IMG/VR virus record: IMGVR_UViG_3300021964_000086
Coordinates: 1-55,302 of that record
Strand: one strand, 5' to 3'
Length of the DNA stretch: 55,302 nt
Source: a virus
Lineage: Duplodnaviria; Caudoviricetes
The stretch's first letter is position 1. Every line of letters starts with the position of its first letter. Positions 1 to 9,254 of this stretch are shown here, piece after piece. Below the pieces are notes generated by a model that had not been told where the DNA came from, made no database searches, and saw nothing but the letters and a program-made list of their open reading frames with translations. Made by a program: the position numbers and the translations under genes.

Positions 1-407
1 TCTTGCATGGTATTAATTTCATCTTCACTATACCATTTTGTAAATTCAGAATCATAAACACCTAATTCGATACACTTGTTGATGTGATCTTTCAAATGCG
101 GATGCTCCCATAATCTATGATGGAGAGATTTTCTTAAACTAAAAAGAAGCAAACGAGCAGCCACATATTGATAGTTAGGATTTTCTAGTGAGATTAAATC
201 ACTAGCAGACCTAATGAGAATTTGTTGTATTTCGTCTGTTGAAATTTTATCGTAGAATTGTAAACCACTTGACATTTCTACTTGTGATTCAGATACACCT
301 GTTAAGTCTTTACAGGCGTGTGCAACCATTTCGTGTATTTTTTCTAGATCAAGAGGTTCTGTCCCCCTACTATTTCGTTTAATAACATTAATATTGTCTG
401 GTGACAT
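1..407 (-). CDS. nrdA: Ribonucleotide reductase class Ia alpha subunit, 5' part (ATP-cone); runs off window
   Basis: Manual translation from ATG at 407 (TAATG overlap with primase stop, SD AAGGAGG): MSPDNINVIKRNSRGTEPLDLEKIH...SGLQFYDKISTDEIQQILIRSASDLISLENPNYQYVAARLLL. Confidence 0.93.
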   Translation of the reverse strand, partial: MSPDNINVIKRNSRGTEPLDLEKIHEMVAHACKDLTGVSESQVEMSSGLQFYDKISTDEIQQILIRSASDLISLENPNYQYVAARLLLFSLRKSLHHRLWEHPHLKDHINKCIELGVYDSEFTKWYSEDEINTMQ

Positions 408-1390
408 TAAACCTCCTTGTAATTATTTAATTGTTGATACGCTGATAACTTTGAAAAAGTATTACTATCTATAATAGTTTGAATCTCTGCTGAAGTCATG
501 CCAGCAATAATCATATCGTTGATGTCTTTGTATTTCAATGACTTTGGCCAGATACAGCATTTATAATTTTTTTCTATTAATCGTTGCATTTTTTTTATGA
601 TTTCTTCGTTTCTTGGTTCGTTATCAAATACATAAACTGCATTTTGTTTTAGTGTAGATATTTCTAAATCTGAACCTGCAGCTGCAACAGCATTTGTAAG
701 AAACAAACTATCTATTGGACCTTCTGTTATATATACTTTTTTTGTTACATCTAATCTATCAAGACCATAGATTCTTCTTTTGTTTTCATCTAACTTAATT
801 GTAATATATTTTGGTTGTTCATTACCAAAGGCACGACCTTGAAATGCAAACATTTTGTTTTGATCTAAGAATGGTATTACAACTCTAGGGTGATCTTCTT
901 TGATAACAGGAAACTTATTAGGTATGAGAGTATTAACCCAAGCCATAAACTTATCAACAAGAAAAAACTTGTCAGCATAATCTTGTAATTTTCTTTTTTC
1001 AATAAAAAGTTTATATGCAGGATGTGTAGGAATTTTATCAAGTCGTGTTAAATCTTTTAATTGTTTATCATCAAACTTAACTGGTTCAAATTTAAACTCT
1101 GGTTCTTGTACAGTATTATTATTACCTGATTTATATTTTTCTATGATGTATTCTTTATGTAATTGTGGATCAATATACTCTATAAGTTTGCTAAGTGTTG
1201 TGCCTTTCGAACAGTTATGACATTTGTAAAAAAATTCATTTTTAATTACATAAACAAAACCTCTGGCCTTTGATCTGTTCTTTTTACTATCACCACAATA
1301 CGGACAACGAAAATTAAAAAGATTTCTTGACTTCTTTTTAAATCTGTCTAATCTAGGGGATATATTATAGAGGTATTGTAAATCAATCAT
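407..1390 (-). CDS. gp61: T4-like DNA primase
   Basis: Zn finger NFRCPYCGDS...YKCHNC, TOPRIM motifs EGPIDSLF, FDNEPRN, KDIND. Start reassigned to MIDLQY (1390) because a promoter lies inside the longer ORF. Confidence 0.95.
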   Translation of the reverse strand: MIDLQYLYNISPRLDRFKKKSRNLFNFRCPYCGDSKKNRSKARGFVYVIKNEFFYKCHNCSKGTTLSKLIEYIDPQLHKEYIIEKYKSGNNNTVQEPEFKFEPVKFDDKQLKDLTRLDKIPTHPAYKLFIEKRKLQDYADKFFLVDKFMAWVNTLIPNKFPVIKEDHPRVVIPFLDQNKMFAFQGRAFGNEQPKYITIKLDENKRRIYGLDRLDVTKKVYITEGPIDSLFLTNAVAAAGSDLEISTLKQNAVYVFDNEPRNEEIIKKMQRLIEKNYKCCIWPKSLKYKDINDMIIAGMTSAEIQTIIDSNTFSKLSAYQQLNNYKEV

Positions 1391-1396
1391 GGACAC

Positions 1397-1425
1397 ATTA
1401 TATATTATTTTTGAAGAAAAGTCAA
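1397..1425 (-). promoter_or_regulatory. sigma70-type promoter of primase (probably leaderless)
   Basis: TTGACT-17nt-TATAAT then 6 nt to ATG. Confidence 0.8.
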
Positions 1426-1481
1426 GGGAGAAATGGGTGCGACATTCTGTCAATGATCGCAACCAAAACCCTTATATTGTG

Positions 1482-1673
1482 TTATTTTTTGATATTGTAA
1501 GCAGGAGGGAATCTTCCGTCAATTTTGTATGAGTTATACGCCCAATACCAATCTTTCCCATATTCGCTCTGGCAGAATGACTTAATGCCAGCATCTGAAT
1601 CAGTAGTATCGTTAGAAAAGATATGACCAATATTGAGAAAAAAATCCGCTGCTCTTTGTGTGAGATTGTACAT
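1482..1673 (-). CDS. Small hypothetical protein (FCQSEYGKDWYWAY motif)
   Basis: ORF with SD GAAAGGA before the ATG at 1673. Confidence 0.65.
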   Translation of the reverse strand: MYNLTQRAADFFLNIGHIFSNDTTDSDAGIKSFCQSEYGKDWYWAYNSYKIDGRFPPAYNIKK

Positions 1674-1758
1674 AGCAGTTTTCCTTTCATCTATAATATA
1701 TAACATATTTTTGATGAAAAGTATAGTGTTATGTTGAGAAATCAGATATCTTCGAAAT

Positions 1759-1784
1759 GCATAGACCGTGAATAGTTTCTATGC
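1759..1784. promoter_or_regulatory. Inverted repeat GCATAGA-N12-TCTATGC (regulator site or weak terminator)
   Basis: Perfect 7-bp inverted repeat in the intergenic region. Confidence 0.45.
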
Positions 1785-1786
1785 GT

Positions 1787-2209
1787 TTACCAAATACCCA
1801 TATCCATAGATGCTTGTAGCATAAAGCCTAAAAGGATAGCGCCGCCTATAATTAACCAACGCCATCGCTCTAGGACTCCCACCCTACTATCTAAACGGTT
1901 CGTAACTTGATCAATTGCCTCTCGTAATTCTCTTGACTGTGTACTAATTCTAGAATGTAGTTTTTCTAAATCTTGTTCCCATTCCCTACGCCTTTCTTCT
2001 AGAATGGCAAATAGGTCTTCTTGTGAAGTATCTACTCGTCTGATCTTTTCTTCATGAACGGCAAGCATAGACTTGATACTAGCAGAGATATCTGTCAATC
2101 TTGTAATCGCATCATCTAATCGTTGATGAACTTGATTAGACGAATTACGATCTGCCTTGAGTGTAGCGATATCTTTAATCAGATCCTTGATTTGGTTCCC
2201 GTTCTCCAC
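1787..2209 (-). CDS. Coiled-coil protein with single C-terminal TM helix (XhlA/holin-like candidate)
   Basis: Heptad-rich N-terminus, C-terminal WRWLIIGGAILLGFML; follows the spanin genes. Confidence 0.5.
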   Translation of the reverse strand: MENGNQIKDLIKDIATLKADRNSSNQVHQRLDDAITRLTDISASIKSMLAVHEEKIRRVDTSQEDLFAILEERRREWEQDLEKLHSRISTQSRELREAIDQVTNRLDSRVGVLERWRWLIIGGAILLGFMLQASMDMGIW

Positions 2210-2552
2210 CTTCGTAATACTCCTTATAACTTAATATGATTTGTTGTTGTTCGTATAGTTTATTACGAATGTCAGCGAAGTTTAGTGACAGTTTTTTATA
2301 CCCTTCGTCTGTTACAGCGAACAAGGCATAATCTCCACCTTCTGCTTTCACCTTTTCCATAACCTCATCAACATTATCTTTTGTTACTACAATCCACTCG
2401 ACATCTACTAATGATAGTGGTTCTGGATTAGGAAGATTAAGAGGTTCTCTTTTCTTCTCTATTTTGTAGTTACTAATTTCTTTGACTGCTAGTCCTGAAC
2501 ACCCACTAAGGAGTAGGCCAAAAACTAGGACACTCACGATTAGGCGTACCAT
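2175..2552 (-). CDS. Outer-membrane lipoprotein, o-spanin (Rz1-like)
   Basis: Signal peptide with lipobox LLSG-C, Pro-rich linker; overlaps the upstream TM/coiled-coil gene. Confidence 0.75.
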   Translation of the reverse strand: MVRLIVSVLVFGLLLSGCSGLAVKEISNYKIEKKREPLNLPNPEPLSLVDVEWIVVTKDNVDEVMEKVKAEGGDYALFAVTDEGYKKLSLNFADIRNKLYEQQQIILSYKEYYEGGEREPNQGSD

Positions 2553-2946
2553 TTAATTCTTCCTCTGTTAATGGCGAACCACTTGCAATCTCTACACATC
2601 TAGCTGCACTTTTGCTCGCCCCATTAATAATTCTTTCTACAAGACCGGGTTTGTTTTCTGCAAGATTACCAATATCATGTTTACCTAATCTATTTGATAA
2701 ATCTGCTTTATCTTGTTCTAGTTTCTTATTTACTTCTTCTAATTTAGTTAAAGTATCTCGTATCTTTCGAAAGTCCTCTGCTTGTTTCTCAATAACTTGT
2801 TTTTGTTCTTCAACAGCGCCTTCTAACTTTAATTGATTTTCTTTTAGTATTGCGTTATCTTTTTGTAATTTCTGAACATACAGGTAACCACCACCAGCAC
2901 CTGCCAACATTACTAAGACTAAACCAATTTTAAGACTACTGAACAT
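2506..2946 (-). CDS. Inner-membrane i-spanin (Rz-like)
   Basis: N-terminal TM helix, long coiled coil, two C-terminal Cys; overlaps the lipoprotein gene. Confidence 0.75.
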   Translation of the reverse strand: MFSSLKIGLVLVMLAGAGGGYLYVQKLQKDNAILKENQLKLEGAVEEQKQVIEKQAEDFRKIRDTLTKLEEVNKKLEQDKADLSNRLGKHDIGNLAENKPGLVERIINGASKSAARCVEIASGSPLTEEELNGTPNRECPSFWPTP

Positions 2947-3697
2947 CCTCTACCATCTTCTCTCTACATAGACGATAGTAAACACCCATATTGTGATCTT
3001 GGAAAGCATCCCAAGTTTTATTTTGCATAAGACCTCTGTAAGTTCCTTTTAACCATTGCATAAACATAAAACCACGATTGAATCCCTCTCTAGGTAAACC
3101 ATCAACATCAAAATAGATAAAGTGACCACCATCACCAGAAACATGATTATATCCTAACCATTCTGGTGGTACTCTTGTCACGATATCATTATTATTGCGA
3201 TATCTATATCTCTCTTTTGATTTAAAAGATTGAATAAACTTTTTACCACCAACTCTTGGTGATCCGTATGTATATAAGTGTGTCGTTTCTGTATTCCATC
3301 TACTCGCAGCCAATGTTGCAAGAGCGCCACCTAAACTGTGACCTGTAAAGAATACATGTTCTTTTTTCTGTTTTGTTAACCATTGAGATACATCTTTCCA
3401 TACTTCGTTCAATGCGTCTCTAAATCCTCTGTGAACAAAACCAGTAGGACACTTTACTTTTTTTATTTTTAAATCTGCTTTTATATCGTTCCAGTCTGTT
3501 GGTTCTGTGCCTCTAAATGCCACACAGGCAATCGCACCATCATTCCAACAAAATACTTGTGTGCCATCGACATCAAACATTACTGATTCTGGATCAAATT
3601 CTTTTTGAAATGCTCCTAAATTCTGATAGGCATAGAAACTTGCCTTTGCCATAATTGTAGCATTTTTCCAATTATGTTCTTTACTTACCCCTTGCAT
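2936..3697 (-). CDS. Class 3 lipase (alpha/beta hydrolase)
   Basis: VAFRGTE, nucleophile elbow TGHSLGGALA, YTYGSPRVG, NNNDIVTRVP, C-terminal DH. Confidence 0.92.
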   Translation of the reverse strand: MQGVSKEHNWKNATIMAKASFYAYQNLGAFQKEFDPESVMFDVDGTQVFCWNDGAIACVAFRGTEPTDWNDIKADLKIKKVKCPTGFVHRGFRDALNEVWKDVSQWLTKQKKEHVFFTGHSLGGALATLAASRWNTETTHLYTYGSPRVGGKKFIQSFKSKERYRYRNNNDIVTRVPPEWLGYNHVSGDGGHFIYFDVDGLPREGFNRGFMFMQWLKGTYRGLMQNKTWDAFQDHNMGVYYRLCREKMVEDVQ

Positions 3698-4727
3698 GTT
3701 TTTTCCTCGCTGTTATATTCATCATTGGTTTAAATGTACCCAAACCTGGACCTTTTGCTGTTGCATTAAGAGCATATGCTTTTGTTGGATACGGTGATTT
3801 CATATTACCAATACTTGCAATAGGTCTGTGTTGATCCACAGGTATGAATGAGCCTATAGCGTTCTTTAATGTTTTGAAACCTTGAACATTACCATTCATC
3901 ATTTTTCTCATCATCTTTTGTTGTGTTTCTTGCAACTTGTTATAGAAATGCATTACTGCTTCTGCTGTTGCAACATCCACTTTCATTCTACCACCTTTAT
4001 CGAACACAATCTTTTGAATTTGTTTTTCTTTGATTATGTTTTTTAATATTTCAATATTTTCATGATGATCTGTAAATGGACCATCATATAAAAACTCGTT
4101 TGCTTTTTCTTCTATGGTTTGATGTGTACCTATATTATCAATACTATTTTTAATCTGTTTGATGATATTACCATATTTCTTTTCTTCATCAATGCCATGT
4201 TTCTTCTTTGCCATATTCATAGCAGTCGCATACATTACAGACTTTGCCTTAGCACCATATCTTTTTACAAATTCTGCTTTCTTTGGTTTTAAATCTTTAA
4301 CAAATTTTTCTGCATCATCTAAAACTTTTTTTGGTAAATCTTCAGCTTCTCTGATACCTCTTGATATCTTATGCCATTGACCACCCCCCATACGATTATG
4401 TCGTATTGCTCTAACTTCACCAGATTGTGAGTTTTGTAAAATTAGTATACCTTGTGGATTTTTTATTGCCCATGAATATATCGCACGGTGACCTTCATCT
4501 TCCATATTTAAATACTTTGACCACTTTTCAAACTTCTTCTTGCCTCGTCTGAACATATCAAACAACGCAGGACTAACATTAAACTGTTTTGTTTTTCTTT
4601 TCTTAACTTTTCTTGCCGTAGGTGGCATAGACACAGCACCATCACCAGCCACATTAGCAATTTCTTCTTTCTTTAAAGTTTCCTTTAATGCTAATAACTG
4701 GTTACTAAAATCTGCGAATGTTCTCAT
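3681..4727 (-). CDS. Hypothetical multi-module protein, probable internal head protein
   Basis: N-terminus MRTFADF..LKE..EE; module KKAEFVKRYGAKAKSVMYATAMNMAKK of the kind seen in T4-like marine phage proteins. Confidence 0.55.
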   Translation of the reverse strand: MRTFADFSNQLLALKETLKKEEIANVAGDGAVSMPPTARKVKKRKTKQFNVSPALFDMFRRGKKKFEKWSKYLNMEDEGHRAIYSWAIKNPQGILILQNSQSGEVRAIRHNRMGGGQWHKISRGIREAEDLPKKVLDDAEKFVKDLKPKKAEFVKRYGAKAKSVMYATAMNMAKKKHGIDEEKKYGNIIKQIKNSIDNIGTHQTIEEKANEFLYDGPFTDHHENIEILKNIIKEKQIQKIVFDKGGRMKVDVATAEAVMHFYNKLQETQQKMMRKMMNGNVQGFKTLKNAIGSFIPVDQHRPIASIGNMKSPYPTKAYALNATAKGPGLGTFKPMMNITARKKHARGK

Positions 4728-5332
4728 TATAGTTCGTCTATGTCCTCTATTGTTACTAACAATACATTCTTTGTTCTGTCGTGTATGACTTCAAACACAT
4801 CTTGTCCCATTACTGTATCTTTTGGTGATTGATCTGAAAATACTGAAACAGTATCACCAGACTTACCAACCACTTTATCATCTTCATCAACGCCAACATC
4901 ATTTACAAGTTTGTATTGACCTTTTAATAGTTTATCAGCGAAAGCAATTTCTTCTCTGATTTCGCCATCTTCTTCTTCAAGTAAGTCATTGTCTTTTAAG
5001 TATTTATAAAACTCTTTTTCGACTAATTGTCCGTCACTATCATGATATTCATTAACATGTTCTTTAATAAGAAATAGAGCGGCAGCATAACTCGCCAATC
5101 TGGACTTACCACCAGGAACTTTTTCAATCAATTTCTTTACATTGAAAACTAACCTGTGTAAAATAGTATATGCTCGCCTTTCCTCTATTCGTTCAAGATC
5201 CTTATATTTTTTTAAAACTTTACCTCGTTCATCAATAATACCTAACTTAAATGCTTCAGTTTTATCGAAAGGGGTAACTAGAAGTTTTAAAAAACGAAAT
5301 GTTATAAATGCATCTATTGCCGGACTTGCCAT
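4727..5332 (-). CDS. Conserved T4-like myovirus hypothetical protein
   Basis: FRFLKLLVTPFDKTEAFKLGIIDERGK...HRLVFNVKKLI...LASYAAALFLIKE. Confidence 0.7.
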   Translation of the reverse strand: MASPAIDAFITFRFLKLLVTPFDKTEAFKLGIIDERGKVLKKYKDLERIEERRAYTILHRLVFNVKKLIEKVPGGKSRLASYAAALFLIKEHVNEYHDSDGQLVEKEFYKYLKDNDLLEEEDGEIREEIAFADKLLKGQYKLVNDVGVDEDDKVVGKSGDTVSVFSDQSPKDTVMGQDVFEVIHDRTKNVLLVTIEDIDEL

Positions 5333-5698
5333 CTATATACCTTTTAATGTTTCCATCAGTTTGTCATCTATCGAAATTTGTTTTAGTTCGCTTAAATCAA
5401 TATAATCTAAGAAAACTAAAAATGTTTTCAAGACCGACCAGTGTTCTTGACCTATTTTGAAGAACAGTAAAACCTTTACTGCCTCTGGACCAAAAACATT
5501 TTGCAACACTATGATATGATTCATGATTAAGCGTTCTTTTAATATACCTGTTGTAGAGTGTTTTTTAAACAATCTTTTCAGATATTTAAATCGCTTCATG
5601 TCATCATAAAACTCCTTTTCGCCTACGGCTTGAGGATTATCATAATGTTTTATAGCAAACATAAGGACATTGTCCTTTGTCAGTCTTTCAAATTTCAT
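5333..5698 (-). CDS. Conserved marine T4-like hypothetical protein
   Basis: FAIKHYDNPQ...EFYDDMKRFKYLKRLF...LKERLIMNHIIVLQNVFG. Confidence 0.7.
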   Translation of the reverse strand: MKFERLTKDNVLMFAIKHYDNPQAVGEKEFYDDMKRFKYLKRLFKKHSTTGILKERLIMNHIIVLQNVFGPEAVKVLLFFKIGQEHWSVLKTFLVFLDYIDLSELKQISIDDKLMETLKGI

Positions 5699-5702
5699 TG
5701 AC

Positions 5703-6116
5703 CTACGCTAATTCAGCGTAAACCTTACATGCTCCGTTATCTAATGTTTCGTATCTTAACTTTAATTGTCTTTCAATACCGTCATCATTTTTAACTTCAC
5801 CTGCAGGTTCTTCACCTGTTTTTCCATATACGCCACCAAACTTTGATAGAGGAATGCTTACGCTTCCACTCTTATCAGCCATCTCTGGTAACTCGCCTAC
5901 CATCTCAACACCTAAACCGTGTAACTTACTTCTTAAATGATTTACTGCAGCCATTGGATTAATATGTTCCATGCTTGCAATAGAACCAACAAAATTGTTT
6001 ATTCTCGCAACAATCTCGTCTGATGTAATATCATTTAAATTTAAGTCACTATCACTAGGAGCATTGACTGGAGTAGTTTTTTCACTTATGTTTTGAAATT
6101 CTTTAAATGATTTCAT
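5703..6116 (-). CDS. Hypothetical protein with capsid-targeting-like N-terminus
   Basis: MKSFKEFQNISE resembles the T4 internal-protein CTS; SD AAGGAG. Confidence 0.6.
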   Translation of the reverse strand: MKSFKEFQNISEKTTPVNAPSDSDLNLNDITSDEIVARINNFVGSIASMEHINPMAAVNHLRSKLHGLGVEMVGELPEMADKSGSVSIPLSKFGGVYGKTGEEPAGEVKNDDGIERQLKLRYETLDNGACKVYAELA

Positions 6117-6336
6117 CTAACATCTCCTTTGATTCCCTCAGGTCATCACCCATGATTTCCTGAATAACTTTTTTCTTTTTCTTTTTCTTTCTATCTTTAT
6201 CCATAGCTTCTCTTTCAGCTTTTGCCGCCTTAGATTGTCTATAAGATACCTCTAGTGCTTCTTCTTCAGCTTTTACAGGATCTACTTTTTCAATGTAAAT
6301 AGATCCACCTGCGCCATATCTAACCTTGTTTGTCAT
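6103..6336 (-). CDS. Hypothetical charged protein
   Basis: Start MTNKVRYG with SD GAGGA; coupled to neighbours. Confidence 0.55.
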   Translation of the reverse strand: MTNKVRYGAGGSIYIEKVDPVKAEEEALEVSYRQSKAAKAEREAMDKDRKKKKKKKVIQEIMGDDLRESKEMLDEII

Positions 6337-6526
6337 TTTGTTCCTCATTGGCAGGTAATTCACTTATTAACTGTTCACAAACTTGTATCGCACCTGAAAT
6401 AGCGTTGAGATCAGCATTTGCTTTTCTAATAACATCTTGTGATGTTTTAATTCTATCTTCAACAACTATCTTGTTTTCATTCAAAGTTTCAAGTTTTTTA
6501 TCTAATGTTTCTTTTGTTATAGTCAT
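6320..6526 (-). CDS. Small coiled-coil protein
   Basis: SD GGAG, heptad pattern. Confidence 0.6.
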   Translation of the reverse strand: MTITKETLDKKLETLNENKIVVEDRIKTSQDVIRKANADLNAISGAIQVCEQLISELPANEEQNDKQG

Positions 6527-6540
6527 AATATCTCCAAGTT

Positions 6541-6562
6541 AGGGGGACCCGAAGGTCCCCTT
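6541..6562 (-). terminator. GC-rich hairpin with cUUCGg tetraloop (stabiliser or weak terminator)
   Basis: AAGGGGACC-TTCG-GGTCCCCCT after the stop of the 6568 ORF; no U-tract. Confidence 0.55.
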
Positions 6563-6567
6563 ATTCA

Positions 6568-7239
6568 TTAAGCTAATGTGCAACCTTGATTTGCAAGTAA
6601 GTACCATTGGCTGTTTGTGAACAGACAAATAGCAGCGTCACCTGCATCATTGAAAGTTAGTGTAGAACCTGAACCAAAGTTTGTTGGTGTCAATGTTCCG
6701 TCACCACCATCAGTTACCATTACTAGAAACTTGATCTGTCCTTCGACACCATCAGCTAGTGTTAATGCGTCTGCACCTGTGGTAGTAATCTCTGTGATTG
6801 CTGATACAACATCAACTGCACCTGCACCTGAAAGTGCCTGTGTTAAACCAAATACTGGTGTTGCGTTGATTTGTACTTGATCAGCAGAAGCGTCTACCAA
6901 TAAAGCTGTAGAGTAAGAATTAGTTTCTGCTCTAAGGTCTGTTTGACCACTTGCTTCGTTGATTACAACTTCTCTGTTTGCACCATCAACTCTAAATGCT
7001 TCTTCATCATCATTTGATACAATGAAGTCTGAGTCTGCCGCATCACTATTGAAAGTAATGTTTGAACTTGCACCTGGGTTGATTGTGACTGCTGTAGGTA
7101 TGTTCGCCATGAAACTGGCTACTGATATCTTTTTGTTAATTGGTGTTCCTGACGGATCATCAATAACATGTAGTAAGTCAGCACTTGCGATATTACCTGA
7201 TCCTAGATCAGTAAGTGCTGTAATTTTCTTATCTGCCAT
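6568..7239 (-). CDS. Probable virion structural/fibre-like protein
   Basis: MADKKITALT start, A/G/T/S/D-rich beta composition, downstream of a late promoter. Confidence 0.6.
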   Translation of the reverse strand: MADKKITALTDLGSGNIASADLLHVIDDPSGTPINKKISVASFMANIPTAVTINPGASSNITFNSDAADSDFIVSNDDEEAFRVDGANREVVINEASGQTDLRAETNSYSTALLVDASADQVQINATPVFGLTQALSGAGAVDVVSAITEITTTGADALTLADGVEGQIKFLVMVTDGGDGTLTPTNFGSGSTLTFNDAGDAAICLFTNSQWYLLANQGCTLA

Positions 7240-7345
7240 TTTTTACTCCTATAAACCCTCTCGGGAATGCTACTGGAAGTATGCATACGCTTTTCTTCCA
7301 TCATTGTTATGAGGGCGAATAACTCGCCCTCGATTAATTTATTTA

Positions 7346-7927
7346 TTATGCCGCTACTGTAATAGTACCTGCCGCTGTACCAATGCCAGCAGCATTAGTA
7401 ATTGTTGCGTTGGTAGTAGATGTAGCCACATCTTTGATTGTACCAGAGTTTAGTGATATTGCGTTAGCACCAATTGATAACACATCACCAGCATTTGTGG
7501 CTGCGTTTGCAGCTGCGATTGTTTCTCTAAATACTAATTCGTTTGTACCAGTACCAGAGATGTAATCTGCTGTTAAGTTTCTAGCTGGTGTATCATTTGT
7601 AATCGTTAAGTTTGGTGTACCACCTGATGTATTTACAACAACTGGTTCGTTAAATCTTACTCTTACATCAATGTTACCACCATCTGATTTATCAAAAGAT
7701 GTAGTAATAAACTCGATTTCTGTAATATCTGCAGCACCAAGAGAAGCTGATAGACCGCCAATAGCGACTAAAACTTCTTCGTCTGCTGAGGTATTGTCGT
7801 TTCCTGAAAGTGCTGAACCTGCTTCCCTTACCCAACCTTTAGTATTTGCAAAGACTTCTTTTTTCTCTGCTGTGGTCAAATTCTTAGGTTTGCTTTCGTC
7901 AGAATCACTTGCTCCCCATAGTCCCAT
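7346..7927 (-). CDS. Probable virion structural protein (Ig-like C-terminal domain)
   Basis: MGLWG start; VRFNEPVVV..GTPNLTI..YISGTGTNELVF; late promoter upstream. Confidence 0.6.
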   Translation of the reverse strand: MGLWGASDSDESKPKNLTTAEKKEVFANTKGWVREAGSALSGNDNTSADEEVLVAIGGLSASLGAADITEIEFITTSFDKSDGGNIDVRVRFNEPVVVNTSGGTPNLTITNDTPARNLTADYISGTGTNELVFRETIAAANAATNAGDVLSIGANAISLNSGTIKDVATSTTNATITNAAGIGTAAGTITVAA

Positions 7928-7967
7928 AGTTTTCTCCTTATTAATAAGTTATTTTGTTATAACTCAA

Positions 7968-8558
7968 CTATTTATAACCAATCTTTCTTAGATCAGCAAT
8001 AGCTTGACTTGCTGTCTTATATTTGACTGGAATACCTTTGTTTTTCTTCCATTCTTTAATGTTTCTTCCATAATCATCAACTAGAACATTACCATTCGCA
8101 TAGATTTTTTTCTCTGCTCTACGCACTAGATGTATTCTACTTTGATCAGTCAGTCTTAGATTTCTTTGCAACCATAACAATTTACCCTTACGACTATTCT
8201 TATCATAAGGTGCATAGGCTGAAAGAATGTGTGGATTGTATTTCTCTATATATGACCAGAGTTTCTTACCATCTTTTGTCCATGGTAATGTCGGCCAAAA
8301 CATAGGATAGTTTTCGACAGGTGTCCATTTAGTATCAGTCATAGGTGCGGACAACCAATCTTGAGCGTCTTTATAACCTGCGGCCTGCATGGGACCTGGC
8401 ATACTAGGATCTTTTGACTTCAACTTAAACATATTTGCTATGCCTTGTGAGAAGTCACAAAGAACACCGTCCATATCACAGTAAATAGTAGGGAGACTAT
8501 CTGCTTCTTGGACTAATGTTATTCCTCGAATAGTCTCCGCAAAAGCGGAGTATTGCAT
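7968..8558 (-). CDS. HAD-family 5'(3')-nucleotidase/phosphatase (NT5C-like)
   Basis: IYCDMDGVLCDF motif I, ILS motif II, K motif III, LVDD motif IV. Confidence 0.85.
   Translation of the reverse strand: MQYSAFAETIRGITLVQEADSLPTIYCDMDGVLCDFSQGIANMFKLKSKDPSMPGPMQAAGYKDAQDWLSAPMTDTKWTPVENYPMFWPTLPWTKDGKKLWSYIEKYNPHILSAYAPYDKNSRKGKLLWLQRNLRLTDQSRIHLVRRAEKKIYANGNVLVDDYGRNIKEWKKNKGIPVKYKTASQAIADLRKIGYK
7969..7976 (-). promoter_or_regulatory. T4 late (gp55) promoter TATAAATA
   Basis: Exact consensus 42 nt upstream of the ATG at 7927. Confidence 0.75.
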
Positions 8559-8560
8559 TA

Positions 8561-9244
8561 TTAATCTATCGCCTTACTAATTGCTTTTCTTCTTTTGTGT
8601 AGAAATCTATCGCTGTCATCAACATCGCCATCATTATCAATGTCTTTGTCTTTTCTATCTTTAAACTTCTTCTTTACTGCCTTAGGTTGAACTTTGTCTA
8701 GTCCATCACCATCATCTGATTTATCATTTGTATTATCTTCTACATTGTATTTCTTACCTGAAACAACGAAAGTCTTCTCACCTTTTTCTCTAGCAGCTTG
8801 TAGTGCCTTTCCAAATGCATTACCTTCTTCGTCTTGTTTTGCTTCAGATGTGTAGAACATATCTTTGATTGTATCAACTAAAGATTTTACTTTTGCCATT
8901 TTAGCATTTTCAATCTCTTTGTTTAAATCTTCACCATGAACTTCGATGGGTGTTTTGCCTTTAGCATCTTTTTTGTTTTTATCTCGCATATCTGCAGCAT
9001 CATCTTCGTTCTTTGGTTTCTTACCTTGTTTCTTCATGTTAACAGCAATCGCAGCTTGTTGTGCTGGATTTGCAGCTTCTTGTTTTGCTTTTTCTGCTTG
9101 AACAACAACACTATCTTGAACTTCAGGTTTATCACCTACCATAGCATTTTGTTTGTTTGTGATATCTGCTACCACAGACGCTAGTGATCCTTTCTTTGGT
9201 TCTCCAAAGTAAGTAGGATTCCAGCCTAATGTTTTCTTAGTCAT
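8561..9244 (-). CDS. Charged internal/prohead-core-like protein
   Basis: C-terminal DIDNDGDVDDSDRFLHKRRKAISKAI (DxDxDG) motif; highly charged. Confidence 0.55.
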   Translation of the reverse strand: MTKKTLGWNPTYFGEPKKGSLASVVADITNKQNAMVGDKPEVQDSVVVQAEKAKQEAANPAQQAAIAVNMKKQGKKPKNEDDAADMRDKNKKDAKGKTPIEVHGEDLNKEIENAKMAKVKSLVDTIKDMFYTSEAKQDEEGNAFGKALQAAREKGEKTFVVSGKKYNVEDNTNDKSDDGDGLDKVQPKAVKKKFKDRKDKDIDNDGDVDDSDRFLHKRRKAISKAID

Positions 9245-9254
9245 TTTTGTCTCC

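Noticed and set aside
1391-1462. N-terminal extension of primase in the ORF track
   Set aside because: It overlaps a consensus promoter and a hairpin; the real start is likely 1390.
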